Positions 26,752-40,700 of a DNA stretch of 64,000 bases are shown here, one piece after another. Source of the stretch: Eledone cirrhosa. Taxonomy: Eukaryota. Below the pieces are notes generated by a model. The model had not been told where the DNA came from, searched no databases, and was given only the letters and a program-made list of their open reading frames with translations. The stretch lies in the NCBI GenBank assembly GCA_964016885.1, contig OZ024742.1, positions 42,656,001-42,720,000 on the forward strand. The letters are read 5' to 3'. Both the position numbers and the translations under genes were made by a program. Position 1 is the stretch's first letter, and each line of letters begins with the position of its first letter.

Positions 26752-27220
26752 ACAGAATGTGAGTCATAAGTAACAGGGCAGTCCAACATTGACATTGCAC
26801 ATCCAACGGAGCATGCTTGCTTCATTTCTCTCCAGCCATCGCATATCCTCTTCCGTTGCTGCCCATGTCTCACTACCATGTAGCATTGCGCATCTCACAC
26901 AGGCATCATATAACCGTCCTTTCGTACGCAGGGAGAAACCCTTCTTTGTCAACAGAGGAAGCAGCTCCCTAAACTTCTTCCAACCCGTCCTTATTCTAGA
27001 TACTATGGCCTCAGAACATGGTAATCTGATCACCTAGGTACCGGAAGTTATCAACCACTTCTGGTCATACAATACGAAATTATAAATACAACAAACAAAA
27101 GTAATTTAAAGATATATAACCATGGCTGATCACTCAGAAATAAGTGGATATTCAAAAGTTATCTGTGAACTTTACAATAAAAATGCATTGACTGTCCGGT
27201 TACTTATGACTCATCCTGTA
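26752..27220. mobile_element. Mariner-like TIR element carrying an internal RTE fragment
   Basis: TGAGTCATAAGTAACAGGGCAGTC and GACTGTCCGGTTACTTATGACTCA are inverted. 26787-27061 is homologous to about 24150-24437. Confidence 0.65.
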
Positions 27221-27316
27221 TATACAGAATGTCCCCCAAAAATGTATACACACTTTTATTAGAATGCTGTTGAAGTGTAAATACATTTCTAGGACACCCT
27301 GTATATATATATATAT

Positions 27317-27756
27317 CATCATCATCATCATCACCGTTTTACGTCCGTTCTTCCATGCTAGCATGGGTTAGACGGGTTGTCCTGTTATGGGCAGTGTCCG
27401 GTCGGCTGACCTTGTCTTGCTCATACGGGAACTGATTTTGGCTTGATTTCTACAGTTGGATGCCCTTCCTAACACCAACCTCATTTACAGTGAGTGCTGG
27501 GTGCTTTTTTCCGTGGCACCTACACGTCCACTTTACAGTGTGGGCTGAGTGATTTTTTGCCGTGGCACCTCCACAACCACTTTGCAGTGGAATGATAGGG
27601 ACCCCAGTCCTATCATCTCATTTCTACAGCTGAGTAAACTGGAGCAATGTGAAATAAAGTGTCTTGCTCAAGGAAACAACACATCACCCGGTCCGAGAAT
27701 TGAACTCACAACCTTTCGATTGCGAGTTCAATTCTCGAACCGGGTGATGTGTTGTT
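27317..27756 (-). mobile_element. SINE family 1 with tail B, 5'-truncated with a fold-back
   Basis: Same body as 10861 but with tail CCCGTCTAACCCATGCTAGCATGGAAGAACGGACGTAAAA. 33-bp inverted duplication at the 5' end. Confidence 0.85.
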
Positions 27757-27907
27757 ATATATATATATAACATAATTATATGCGTACATATGTATGTGTG
27801 TTCATGTATGAATAATACATTTACAAACCCATACTGTGAATATGCATGCTATATATATATCCATATATATATATATATATGTATGTATGTATATATATAT
27901 ATATATA

Positions 27908-29385
27908 TCATCATCATCATCATCATCAACGTTTAACGTCCGTGTTCCACGCTTGCATGGGTTTGGACGGGGGTTGTCCCACTTGAGGCAAGAGTGATTG
28001 TCTTGCTCGCATAGGACTGTCTGGCAGGTTTTCTACAGTTGGATGCCCTTCCTAACACCAACCACATTTACAGTGTGGGTCTGGGAGGTTTTTACCGTGT
28101 TGCCTTCACGGCCACATTACAGCGTGGACTGTGTGTTTTTTTGTCGTGACACCTACACGATCTCATTTGTTTCGGCCTGGATGGCGCGGCACCAACATAA
28201 CTTTACATAGAACGGGGTGGTGTGGATGGGGTGGGGGTGGTGGCGGGACGGGGTGTATTTTGTTAGAGATGCCTACTGGCAAGGCGGGTCTTCTCTGTTA
28301 CTGAGTACCGCCAAAGGTCACGGTCCAGTGACATTGTCTTGGAGAGGTGTAAGTGTGTGAGGTCGGAGTTTATCAGCTCATCCCATGTTTTTCTAGGTCT
28401 GCCTATTCCGTGGCTACCGTCTATCTTTATTGCCCTGCACTTTGTAATACAGCTATCGACTTTCATGCGCATCACGTGTCCATACCAACGCAGCCTTCTC
28501 TCGAGTAAACAACATCTGATCCCTCTTATCTCTAATTTTTTCCTTAGTTCGTTTATGCTTTGCCGTTCACGTATATTACTGTTACACATCCAGCGGAGCA
28601 TGCAAGCTTCGTTCCTCTCTAGTCTGCGTATATCCTCTGCACACAATGCCCAGGTCTCACTACCATGCAACATTGCTGTTCGTATGCAGGCATCGTACAA
28701 CCTGCCTTTCATTTTTAGGGAGAACCCTTTAGCAGCTAATAGTGGTATAAGCTCTCTGAACTTTTTCCAACCAGTTCTGACTCTAGCTACAGTACTTTCA
28801 GAGCACCCTTCCCCACTGCTGATTTTATCGCCCAGGTAACGGAAGCTGTCCACTATTTCTATAGAACCTCTGCGCAATTGAAAGAGCTAGTATTTTGTGG
28901 GCACTTGCTGCTACTTATTGCACCAGAACACCGGCCACATGTAAAGTCTATGTTCTTAGTTAGCTTACCTGTGATCCCACTACATCTTTTATGCACCCAT
29001 ACTTTGCATTTAGGACATAAGATGGAGTTTCTACCTACGCCTTTCCTACATACCGAGCACGACCATTTCCCAGAAGGGACCGCCGCCTTGTTTTCTTTCC
29101 TACAAACTAGAACTTTGGTCTTAGCCAGGTTAATTTTAAGTCCTTTTGACTCTAGGCCGTGCTTCCATGTTTGGAATTTCTTCTCTAGCTCGGCCATTGA
29201 TTCCGCTATGAGTGTCAGGTCGTCTGCGTATAGGAGTTCCCATGGGCAGCCTGTCTTGAACTCCTCTGTTATAGCCTGAAGGGCAATAATAAATAGTAGG
29301 GGGCTGAGAACAGAGCCCTGATGGACGCCAACTTTTACGCTAAACTCTTCACTATATTCGTTGTTAATTCTAACCTTGCTGACTG

Positions 29386-29389
<4 letters not shown>
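27908..29389 (-). mobile_element. RTE LINE family C, 5'-truncated and frameshifted
   Basis: ORFs 28859-29485 and 28263-28877 are homologous to family A (QGSVLSP, YADD, PHD-like finger). About 350-bp 3' UTR and (GAT)n tail. Confidence 0.9.
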
Positions 29390-29446
<57 letters not shown>

Positions 29447-29634
29447 CATATATATATATATATACACCCACACACACACAGACACACCAGATTTTTTATT
29501 TATAGTATAGTGTGTCTATTTTGGTACTTGCCAGTGATTCATATGTTTGTCTGTCACTTGGAATCAAGCTCCATTATCTACATACTTGGAGTCCTGTTGG
29601 TCAGAGATTCTAATGTAGGTGGAACTCGACATCT

Positions 29635-29929
29635 TTAACCCTTTTGTTACCATATTTCTAATAAAATATACTGCGTATGATTTTTAACTAATTTTTTTTT
29701 AATAATTAATTTTTTTTTTAGGGATTTTGTAATTTTAGGGATTTTCTCATTATTAACTTAATGTTTGGATCATAACTTAAGAAAGACTATTTTAATAAAA
29801 TTGTTACAAAAGGTTTCTAGATAAATATAAACCCTTTGAAATAAACAGTTTTATCTAAACCTTGGTCTAAAACAGCTTCGTATTGTAGAACTATGGGCGG
29901 TTTCAGGTGGTTTGGTAACAAAAGAATTA
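29635..29929. mobile_element. piggyBac-like MITE, second family
   Basis: TTAA-CCCTTTTGTTACCA ... TGGTAACAAAAGAA-TTAA. A related copy at about 44219-44631 contains a SINE. Confidence 0.6.
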
Positions 29930-29974
29930 ACAAACCAAACAATTCTTAGAACGGTTACTCACATTTTAATGTGA

Positions 29975-30565
29975 AGTTGTGTGGCTTAGTGGTTAGTTTA
30001 CAGCAGTGGTTCCCTAGCTTTTCAATACCATTCATTTTATATAAATGAATTCTCTCACAAACCTCCCTTTACAGTTACTCCCATCCCATTACTGCTAAAT
30101 GGCAATAATAATTGTTTCTATTTTTGGCACAAGGCCAGCAATTACCCTAGTGCATTACTGGTGTTTTATTTTATCGACCCAATAAGTGTAAAAGACAAAG
30201 TTAACTGCAGCGGGATTTGAACTGATAACGTAAAGGCCCATAACTTTATGCTGCAAAGCATGGTGTCTGACGTTCTACTGATACTGCCAATCCAAAGACA
30301 GATATTTTTATACTTAAAGAAGAATTGATACCCAACTATGTGAGTGTGTATATTATGTTTTTAAAAAAGTATTTGAAATTTTGAATTTTGCTCACAGACC
30401 CTCCACTTCTACTTTTACAGGCCCTCAGGGACCATGGGCTGGGAACTGCTAGGTTGGGGTATTTGATTGTAAAGTCATGAGTTCGATTCCCAGATTCCCA
30501 GCAGTATGGTGGTGTCCTAAGCAAGACATTTTAGTCCACTCAGCAGGCAAATGAGTTGTAATTCA
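29975..30565. mobile_element. Nested SINE > hAT-like MITE (about 30004-30451) > SINE family 2 (about 30107-30294, -)
   Basis: A box GTGGCTTAGTGG at about 29981 and B box GAGTTCGATTCC at about 30479 are separated by a CAGTGGTTCCC...GGGAACTGCT element containing a reversed SINE. Confidence 0.6.
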
Positions 30566-30597
30566 ATCAGCCTTGTTGCTCTCTGTCATGCTCATGT

Positions 30598-31751
30598 TGC
30601 TGGTGCTGATGGTAGCAGCAGTAGTAGTGTGGGTGGTGATGGTGATGGTGATGGTGGTGGTGGTGGTGATGATGGTGGCAGCAGTAGTAGTGTGGGTGGT
30701 GGTGGTGGTAGTGATGGTGATGATGGTGGCAGCAGTAGTGGTGTGGGTGGTGGTGGTAATGGTGATGGTGATGATGGTGATGGTGATGGTGATGGTGATG
30801 GTGATGATGGTGGCAGCAGTAGTGGTGTGTTGGTGGTGATGGCGATGGTGATGGTGATGATAGTGGCAGCAGTAGTGGTCTAGGTGGTGATGGTGGTGGT
30901 GATGGTGATGGTGCTGGTGATGGTGGTGGCAGCAGTAGTGGTGTGGGTGGTGGTGGTGGTGGTGATGGTGATGGTACTGGTAATGATGGTGGCAGCAGTA
31001 GTGGTGTGGGTGGTGGTGGTGGTGGTGGTGATGGTGATGGTACTGGTAATGATGGTGGCAGCAGTAGTGGTGTGGGTGGTGGTGGTGGTGGTGATGATGG
31101 TGGCAGCAGTAGTGGTGTAGGTGGTGGTGGTGGTGGTGATGGTGATGATGGTGGCAGCAGTAGTGGTGTGGGTGGAGGTGATGATGATGGCAGCAGTAAT
31201 GGTGTGGTGGTGGTGATGATGGTGGCAGCAGTAGTGGTGTGGGTGGTGGTGGTGGTGGTGATGATGGTGGCAGCAGTAGTGGTGTGGGTGGTGGTGGTGG
31301 TGGTGATGATGGTGGCAGCAGTAGTGGTGTGGGTGGTGGTGGTGGTGGTGATGATGGTGGCAGCAGTAGTGGTGTAGGTGGTGGTGGTGGTGGTGATGGT
31401 GATGGTACTGGTAATGATGGTGGCAGCAGTAGTGGTGTGGGTGGTGGTGGTGGTGATGGTGATGGTGATGGTACTGGTAATGATGGTGGCAGCAGTAGTG
31501 GTGTGGGTGGTGGTGGTGGTGGTGATGATGGTGATGATAATCATGATGATGATGTTTGTGGTGGTGGTGGTGGCAGTGAGGGTTGGGATGGTGGTAGTGA
31601 TGATGGTGATGATGATGATGATGATGATCATCATCATCATCATCATCATCATCATGCCTCAGTGGTCTCTATAACAACTGACTTATGTAAAGGTAAATTT
31701 ACAATCACTCAGAGACCACTTCCACTTCACAACAAATTTTCTTCGTATTTA

Positions 31752-31800
<49 letters not shown>

Positions 31801-31848
31801 GCCACCACTGCCACCACCACCACCACCACCACCACGACCACCACCACC

Positions 31849-31883
<35 letters not shown>

Positions 31884-31889
31884 CACTAC
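30598..31889. repeat. Compound trinucleotide array: (GGT/GAT) units with GGCAGCAGTAGT, followed by (CAT)n, (TAC)n and (CAC)n
   Basis: Read directly. Confidence 0.9.
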
Positions 31890-32222
31890 ACTCTGTGTCT
31901 GTCCATTGCACCCTCTCTTGTTCTTCCTCTCTACACCCTCTCCCAGGTTAACCATAATATATAATACTAAAACATGTAGGCTTCACCTTTCATTTTTCCA
32001 AAGGTTACTAAAATAAGAACCAACCATATACTATCTGTGTTCACATATCCCCACCACCATCACCACCAACTCATTTTGTGTTGATCATTAAATACAGTCA
32101 ACCCTTTGGTAAGGAATCTTAATTCGTTCCAGGATTTCATTCATTACCACATAAATTAAAATATAAGTATTTAAAAACACAGGTGTCAAATTACAAGCAG
32201 CTAAAATGGGATTCTTCTGAAG

Positions 32223-32427
32223 CAGTGGTTCCCAAAGTGGGTTCTACAAAGGAGTGTCTGGGTTCTATGACACCCAAGGGTTCCACAAAGGAGTGTCTGG
32301 GTTCAGTGGACAAAGGTAGAGGAGTATATTTATATTACAACCATATAACAGTATTAGACTTTGGGGTTCCCCCAAAAGTTTCTGAACTAAAAAGGGTTCC
32401 GCATTTGAAAGAGTTTGGGAAACCCTG
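32223..32427. mobile_element. hAT (Charlie-like) MITE
   Basis: CAGTGGTTCCCAAA...TTTGGGAAACCCTG TIRs. Imperfect 8-bp TSD TTCTGAAG/CTCTGAAC. Confidence 0.65.
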
Positions 32428-32439
32428 CTCTGAACGGTC

Positions 32440-32745
32440 TTTGGAGTAATATCACTTGTTTGAATGCATAACTTAGAGATCAGAGAATCATTCCAGATAG
32501 AGCTGCTACATCTCTGAGAGATCACATGGTTAGAATGTCTAAGGAAAGAATTGCTAGACAGATTTTATTGGCCAAACAAACCAGCAGGTCCCCAGTGGTT
32601 GACCCCGAGCTCAGCTGGTCTTATTTGGAAATTCCTTTGGATCAATTGGAGACAGTTGCTTCTGACAGGACCTACTGGAATGCGTGTTTGAAGACTCTTC
32701 CCTTAGGATATTCCCAGGAATACGTGGGAGGAGGAGAAGAAGAAG
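32440..32745 (+). mobile_element. Old RTE-like 3' fragment
   Basis: HMVRMSKERIARQILL...ASDRTYW. A related reversed fragment lies at about 33290-33660. Confidence 0.55.
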
Positions 32746-33855
32746 TAGGCAACAAACTCATTAGAACATCAGATAGAATGCTGGCTCTCTGGGTTCTTGA
32801 GTTCAAAACTTGCCAAAGTCAGCTTTGCCTTTCATCCTTTTGAGGTTGATAAATAAAGTACCGGTGCTGCACAAGAGTAGATTCTTCCTTTATATATTTC
32901 TTTATCACTTCCTCCCCCCTCTCTCTATATATATATCATTCCCCTCTCCCTGGAAGAAATCGGTTGTGTTCAGACATGGAGATGAATTGGCTCCACCAGG
33001 TATAAAATGTCCAAGTCACATTGTATTTCACTAGGATGCCCCTACAACTCCATAGGAATTAAGGGCCTATGGCATGACATTCAGGTATAATTCTGTCCAA
33101 AAGCTCAATCGATAGTGAAAGTCTGCATTAAGGGCCGGTGTCACTATAAGGTTAGCTAGGCAGTCACCTTAAGTGCAAACCTCAGAGTGCAATATTACTG
33201 AATCTTAAAGGATCACAGTTTTACACAAATTTTTTCTTCTTTTTCGCCCACTTATTCCTGGGAGGGGCATGGGCGAAGAGTCCTCAGGCACGCCTTCTAG
33301 TGGGTCCTGTCAGAAGCTCATAAGTGTTATCCAACCATCTTGTTTAGGATCTACCTCTGGGTTTTTTGAAGGCTAGTTTTACCTGTAAAATCTTTTCTGA
33401 GACATTCTAACCACATGCCCATAGTATTAGAGCTGTGATCTCTCAGTTTGGAGAAGTAGCCGCTCTACCTTGAGTGACTCTCTGATCTCCGAGCAATGCA
33501 CTCTATCATCTAATGTTACTCCAAAGAACCTTCAGAGGAACCTCATTTTGGCCGCTTGTATTCACAATCATACTCTTTCAGTCATTACCCAAGATTCATG
33601 GCCATAGGTAAGGGTGGGCCTGAATACTGAATTGAAGATAGCAAGTTTGGCTTTGTGAACAAAGAGAGCAGCTCCCTAATTCATAGATTACAAATGGCCA
33701 TGATATCTGGCTCCTTCAAAATTTGCAAAACATTCTTGTGATTTAAGGGATGACTATTTCTTTTCTTTTACAACCTTGCTACCAGGAAGATGGCCAGTCA
33801 AAAATGTACTCAAAATTAAGAGAAAGAGAAACATACATAGTCACATACATACAAT

Positions 33856-34173
33856 GGAGGCACGTGGCTTAGTGGTTAAAGCATTGGCCTTGCAATCGAA
33901 AGGTTGTGAGTTCAATTCTCAGACTGGGTGATGTGTTGTTTCCTTGAGCAAGACACTTTATTTCACATTGCTCCAGTTTACTCAGCTGTAGTCCCTATCA
34001 TTCCACTGCAAAGTGGTCGTGGAGGTGCCACTGAAAAAAAGCACCCAGCACTCATTAAAAATGAGGTTGGTGTTAGGAAGGGCATCCAGCTGTAGAAATC
34101 AAGCCAGAATCAGTTCCCGTCCCACCCTTGCAAGCAGGGAAAAGCAGACGTAAAATGAAATGATGAAATGATG
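33856..34173 (+). mobile_element. SINE family 1 with RTE-A tail
   Basis: Closely similar to 10861-11198. Confidence 0.9.
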
Positions 34174-34369
34174 ATACATGATGGCTGCCCCCTCGTTATC
34201 AAGTATGGCCATTGCACGAGAGAAAAAACAAAAACATAATAATAACAATAATAATAATAATAACGACAACAACAACAATAATAATATACATATATATATA
34301 TATATACACACACACGTACACACATAAACATATCTATACACACACGCACGATAGCAATTAACAGCGCTG

Positions 34370-34865
34370 CGATCGAATGTGGCTTTTTAGCCCAGCCAAT
34401 GATCTAAAATGTCTTGCACAGAGTCGGCAACCAAAACATTCACTGGGAATAGCCGGCTGTGGTTGGAGTTCATGTACTTTTGCATGTCGTTTGAGCCCTC
34501 CTGCTGATTTACATTCTCTACCACATGTTTGGCAACATGATGAGTAGCATCTCCAACAGCAGCCTGGTAGTCAACCACTAGTCTTACTTTATGACTGCGA
34601 AGATGACTTTCGAGTCCAGCTTTGCTTAGGCAGAGTCTCGCACAGACGCTGCATGTCAGCACCATAGGAGGACCTTCGCCGTCTGGAAGTGCAACAGCAA
34701 TGCCCTTCCTCACATCCCGCTTTACTTTCTCGTATGCGATTTGAGATGCCTCAAAGGCAACTTTTCCCTCATATACAGTCTTTCTCTATTTATTACGATC
34801 AGCAGCAACATTTTCCCATGTATCAGCAGAGATGTTAGCATCTTTCAAAGAGGCTCTCAAGAAAA
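34370..34865 (-). mobile_element. RTE/BovB-like LINE 3' fragment with C2H2 zinc finger(s)
   Basis: WENVAADRNK..FEA region followed by CSVCARLCLSKAGLESHLRSH. Confidence 0.7.
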
Positions 34866-34990
34866 CCGTCATCATGTACCAGCCTGCCCCTGGTAAGCAG
34901 TACAGTGAACCAGATATTTATGTGTATGGTAAATGACTTGGAGTGGTTGATCAGTTTGTCTACATATATACATACATACATACATACATA

Positions 34991-35875
34991 ATACCTGATT
35001 TACAAAAGAGATAGGGATGCAGGCAAAACACCTAGTTGTGACAACAAGTGCAGACTCTGCAGAATTAACATCGAAGATGTCACCCATGTCATAAGCAGCT
35101 GTCCAAAGATGTCATCACCATACTATCTACCTATGAGGCATGTTGTAGTGGCCAAAACACTGTACAATGCAATCCGTAGAAAAGATAGCCCCAATGATAA
35201 ACACATTAAAAGCTACAGCAATGTGGAAGGCATACATATTCATAATATGAAAGAGTACTGGTGGAATGTTCCAGTAAAAACCCCAATAAAATGCAGGCAT
35301 AACAGACCAGATATAATGATATGAGACAAGGAAAAGAAGGCATACACAGTAGTGGAAGTTAGCTGCCCAGCAGATGCCAATATAATATCAAAGATTAGCG
35401 AAAAGGAGAATATTTATGCAGAACTAATGAAAAATCTGCAGATACTACACCCTGAATATACCTTCAGGTTTATACCTGTGATTATTGGGGCACTGGGATA
35501 TGTTAGTAACTGCATCAATACAAATCTTGAGAAGCTGGGCTTCACAGGAACAGAAAGAACACAACTAGTTAGGAAATTACAAGTACAATACATTAATGGA
35601 ACAGTAAAAATATGTAAAACATTCCCAAAATTTTGCATCTAATAACTGCATATACACATGTACAGATACAAAGCGTATGCACATGCACACATACAACTCA
35701 AACATCCACATCCACACATACAATAACATCCATACCTACACATGCATGCATGCAGACATGCATACATATCTACCTAGTTGATGTGTAAATTCCAATGAGA
35801 GAGTCTTGTGTCTATGTTAGAAATCGACTCTCTCTTTATTGGCAAAAATTTGTGAAATTATAAAACCAGAAGAAC
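34991..35875 (+). mobile_element. R4/Dong-like RLE non-LTR retrotransposon 3' fragment
   Basis: CRLCRINIEDVTHVISSC zinc knuckle, RH..VAK.LY, HNRPDI and EVSCP PD-(D/E)xK nuclease motifs. One internal stop. (CATA)n on both sides. Confidence 0.8.
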
Positions 35876-36752
35876 ATACATACATATGCATTTTGCAGTG
35901 TAAAATTAGATCCATTATATAATTAAATGATTACGAAGGTCAAGCGGAAATTCGTATATATCATTTTTGTATCAGTTCCTGTAATATCATTCCAAATGTC
36001 ATTCTGCTCATGTCATATCATAGATTTAACAAGTGTTTAATCTCCTCATAGTCATATGAGTGTTAACTATGTTTTATCTGTCTATCCATTTATCTATCTA
36101 TCTATTTATCTAATTATCTCTCTCTCTCCCTCTCCCTCTCACTCTCTCTCTCTCTATATATATATAATTATCATCATCATCATCGTTTAACGACCATCTT
36201 CCATGCTAGCATAGGTTAGACGGTTTTGTTCCATTTGATGTAAGACTGGTCTGGAGACCATGCCTCGTCCGCATGTATATACATATACCTATCTTCCCCT
36301 CTCTACATATATCATCATCATCATCATCATCATCGTTTTAATGTCCGCTTTCTCTGTTAGCAAGGGTTAGGCAGGTCTACATAGACCAGGAGAATTCTGA
36401 AATGGTGCTACTGATCTCCCAGACAGGCCATGGATTTGTGTCTTGCTTATGTACAGTATCACATTCTACCAAATTCACAGGAGAGGTTGTCATATCTTTG
36501 ACACAACTGAGAGTCCTCCCATATGTATGTAGGTATAGTTTCACCCCAACTTGTGTTGATGCCAATCTTTTTTCATTCAGGGGTCTTATATGCCTTCTTG
36601 TTAGATTATTTTCTATACTAAAAAAATATGGCGAAAGCTTCTAATTCAATTTTCAAAATTTGCTCGCCATCTTCTAAGCACACATCACATGTTCGATTTT
36701 TCGATACTCGCTTTTTCGATACTCGATTATTCTACTATATATATATATATAT

Positions 36753-38017
<1,265 letters not shown>

Positions 38018-38061
38018 AAGTTAAATAAAAGTCAAATGATTAAAATTTAGCTTCGTTTATT

Positions 38062-38116
38062 ACTGCTATATATATTTCAGTGACAGCCATCTTTGGCTGT
38101 GACCTCTTCAGGCAGT
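38062..38116 (-). ncRNA. Type I hammerhead ribozyme motif (left-arm copy)
   Basis: Reverse complement of 38359-38413. Confidence 0.8.
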
Positions 38117-38358
38117 TTGAATTAGTATGGTATAGACAAGTATATATGTTGTTTAGGTGTATGATATTGTCAATACTCTGATATGCCCAGTTCCTTGCTG
38201 GGTTGTTAATTCACTGGGGAACTGGAGTCATATCTGTCATGATATGACTCCAGTTCCCCAGTGAATTAACAACCCAGCAAGGAACTGGGCATATCAGAGT
38301 ATTGACAATATCATACACCTAAACAACATATATACTTGTCTATACCATACTAATTCAA

Positions 38359-38413
38359 ACTGCCTGAAGAGGTCACAGCCAAAGATGGCTGTCACTGAAA
38401 TATATATAGCAGT
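38359..38413 (+). ncRNA. Type I hammerhead ribozyme motif
   Basis: actgc-CTGAAGA-ggtcacagcca/tggctgtcact-GAAA-tatata-TA-gcagt. Confidence 0.8.
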
Positions 38414-38559
38414 AATAAACGAAGCTAAATTTTAATCATTTGACTTTTATTTAACTTTATTTTACACTACTCCGGAGTAACCAAACCAACCTGCGCACTT
38501 CGTCGAGTGCTCCAGCCTGCATACTGAGGTGTTGGTATACAACCAACATAAACTCAAAA

Positions 38560-38632
<73 letters not shown>

Positions 38633-38673
38633 TATATATACATATATATATACATATATATATATATTATATT

Positions 38674-38858
<185 letters not shown>

Positions 38859-38898
38859 AAAGAACACAAGAACGTCTACAACATCAAAAGATTTTTAT

Positions 38899-38947
38899 TG
38901 GCTTACAATGTTTCTTCCTTACGTAACCGTAGGATTCGTCAGAGCTA
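38899..38947 (-). ncRNA. Type I hammerhead ribozyme motif
   Basis: tagct-CTGACGA-atcctacg gtta cgtaaggaa-GAAA-cattg-TA-agcca, followed by AATAAA. Confidence 0.7.
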
Positions 38948-40019
38948 TAAAAGGGGTTTGATTGGTGTTATGGACTCTACCAACCAAACATTCAAGAACA
39001 AAGAATAAAGAGAGTAAAGAGCAAAAGTAGGGGACGATAAGTCTAATATATATAAGAAGATCTAGGAAGCTCAGGCATAGAAAATAACTGCAATTACAGT
39101 CAGTTGCTATAAAATAGCTTATAAAAATTGAGTAAAAACCCTTAGAGATGGGAAAATGTTGGCAGCAGCTGCTACATAGCAATTATTTTCAGCATCCTTG
39201 GTCCCTGAACTGTAGTTTTCCTCTGTAAAATCAGAAAAACAGCAGCGTACCTGAGTAAGGAACCCCATGATACAGGTTTGCTGTTTCAGCATGTGTCAAT
39301 AGCCATTTTCTGCAGCAATGCCTTCACTATTTTGTCCACAGGGTGCAGCCTAAAGATACCATTTTCACTGAGGTTTAGAATCTGTTGCTTTCTTTCATTA
39401 CTTAGTTTCTTTTTCTTCTTTTTCTTCTCTTTCTTTTTCATTTCCTTATTACCATTTATAGTGTACAATTTTTATCACATTTTCTCTTTGGTTGTAATTG
39501 AAGCTCATGCTATGGGAGTGGACCTTATCTATAAGCTTATTTGATGAAAGCAACAGATATATTTTAGTCTTATTAGATATCCTTAGTAAAGTATGGAGAA
39601 GACTCACCTCCGGCATAATAATGTAATTTGACCCACCCATGCCCCTCCCCTCACTCCTTAGTAACCTATCCAGGATCTCCTCCCTTTAAATCCTAACACT
39701 GATCATAGCTGTTCTAATCATCACAATAAACCACCCCAACTATATCTGAAACCACTACTCCAATTCCACCCCACTACCACCTCCAGCCTTCTATCTCAAC
39801 ACTTTCCACTATATTCATCATACACCCATAACATACTTTCTCATCCCTTTCCTTATTCACTTAATCCCTTTCAACCCCACTGCACCTGCTGTACACCCTC
39901 ACATTATACATCTCATCCACCTACCTATTGTCATATACCCATGCCATCATACTTATCATTCTTTTTACCATCATACATCCTACCCTAGGGAAGGCTCTTC
40001 AGTTTATTCTGTGGTCAAT

Positions 40020-40700
40020 CATCATCATCATCATCTTCGTTTAACGTCCATCTTCCACGCTAGCATGGGTTAGATGGGAGTTGTCCCACTTGAGGCAAGG
40101 CTGGTCAGGTGACCGTGTCTCGTTCATATAGGATTATCTGGCAGGTTTTCTACGGCTGGATGCCCTTCCTCACACCAACCACATTTACAGTGTGGACTGG
40201 GAACTTTTTACCATTGTTAACTACACGGCCACATTACAGCATGGACTGTGTGTTTTTGTCATGACATCTCCACGATCTCGATCTTATTATCTCATTTATT
40301 TGGACTGAATGTTGTGGTACCAACTTTACAGAGAGAGAGTGGTGTTGGTGGGAGTGGGAGGATAGAGTAGGGGTAGTGGATTGGGGTGTATATTTGGTTA
40401 AGAGGTGCCTACTGACTGTAGGTTTCGCTTTGTACATAGGCAAGGTGGGTCTTCTGTATTACTGCGTAGCGCCAAAGATCTCAGTCCAGTGACATTGTCT
40501 TAGAAAGGTGTAAGTGTGTAAGGTCGGAATTTATCAAATCGTCCCAGGTTTTTCTGGGTCTACCTACTCCGTAACTTCCATCAATTTTGATCGCCCTGCA
40601 CTTTTTTATACAGCTGTCAACTTTCATGCGCATCACGTGACCATACCAACGTAGTCTTTTCTCAAGTAAACAGCATCTGATCCCTCTTATTCCTAATTTC
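40020..40700 (-). mobile_element. RTE family C-related 3' fragment
   Basis: Homologous C-terminal coding region and 3' UTR. Tail-only copies at about 44949-45262 and 60203-60540. Confidence 0.85.

Noticed and set aside
30551-31964. Gly-, Val- and His-rich ORFs
   Set aside because: Open in most frames because of trinucleotide repeats.
39180-39400. Possible host exons on the - strand (AG/GT signals)
   Set aside because: Stops in all three frames of the main candidate exon and no recognisable peptide.
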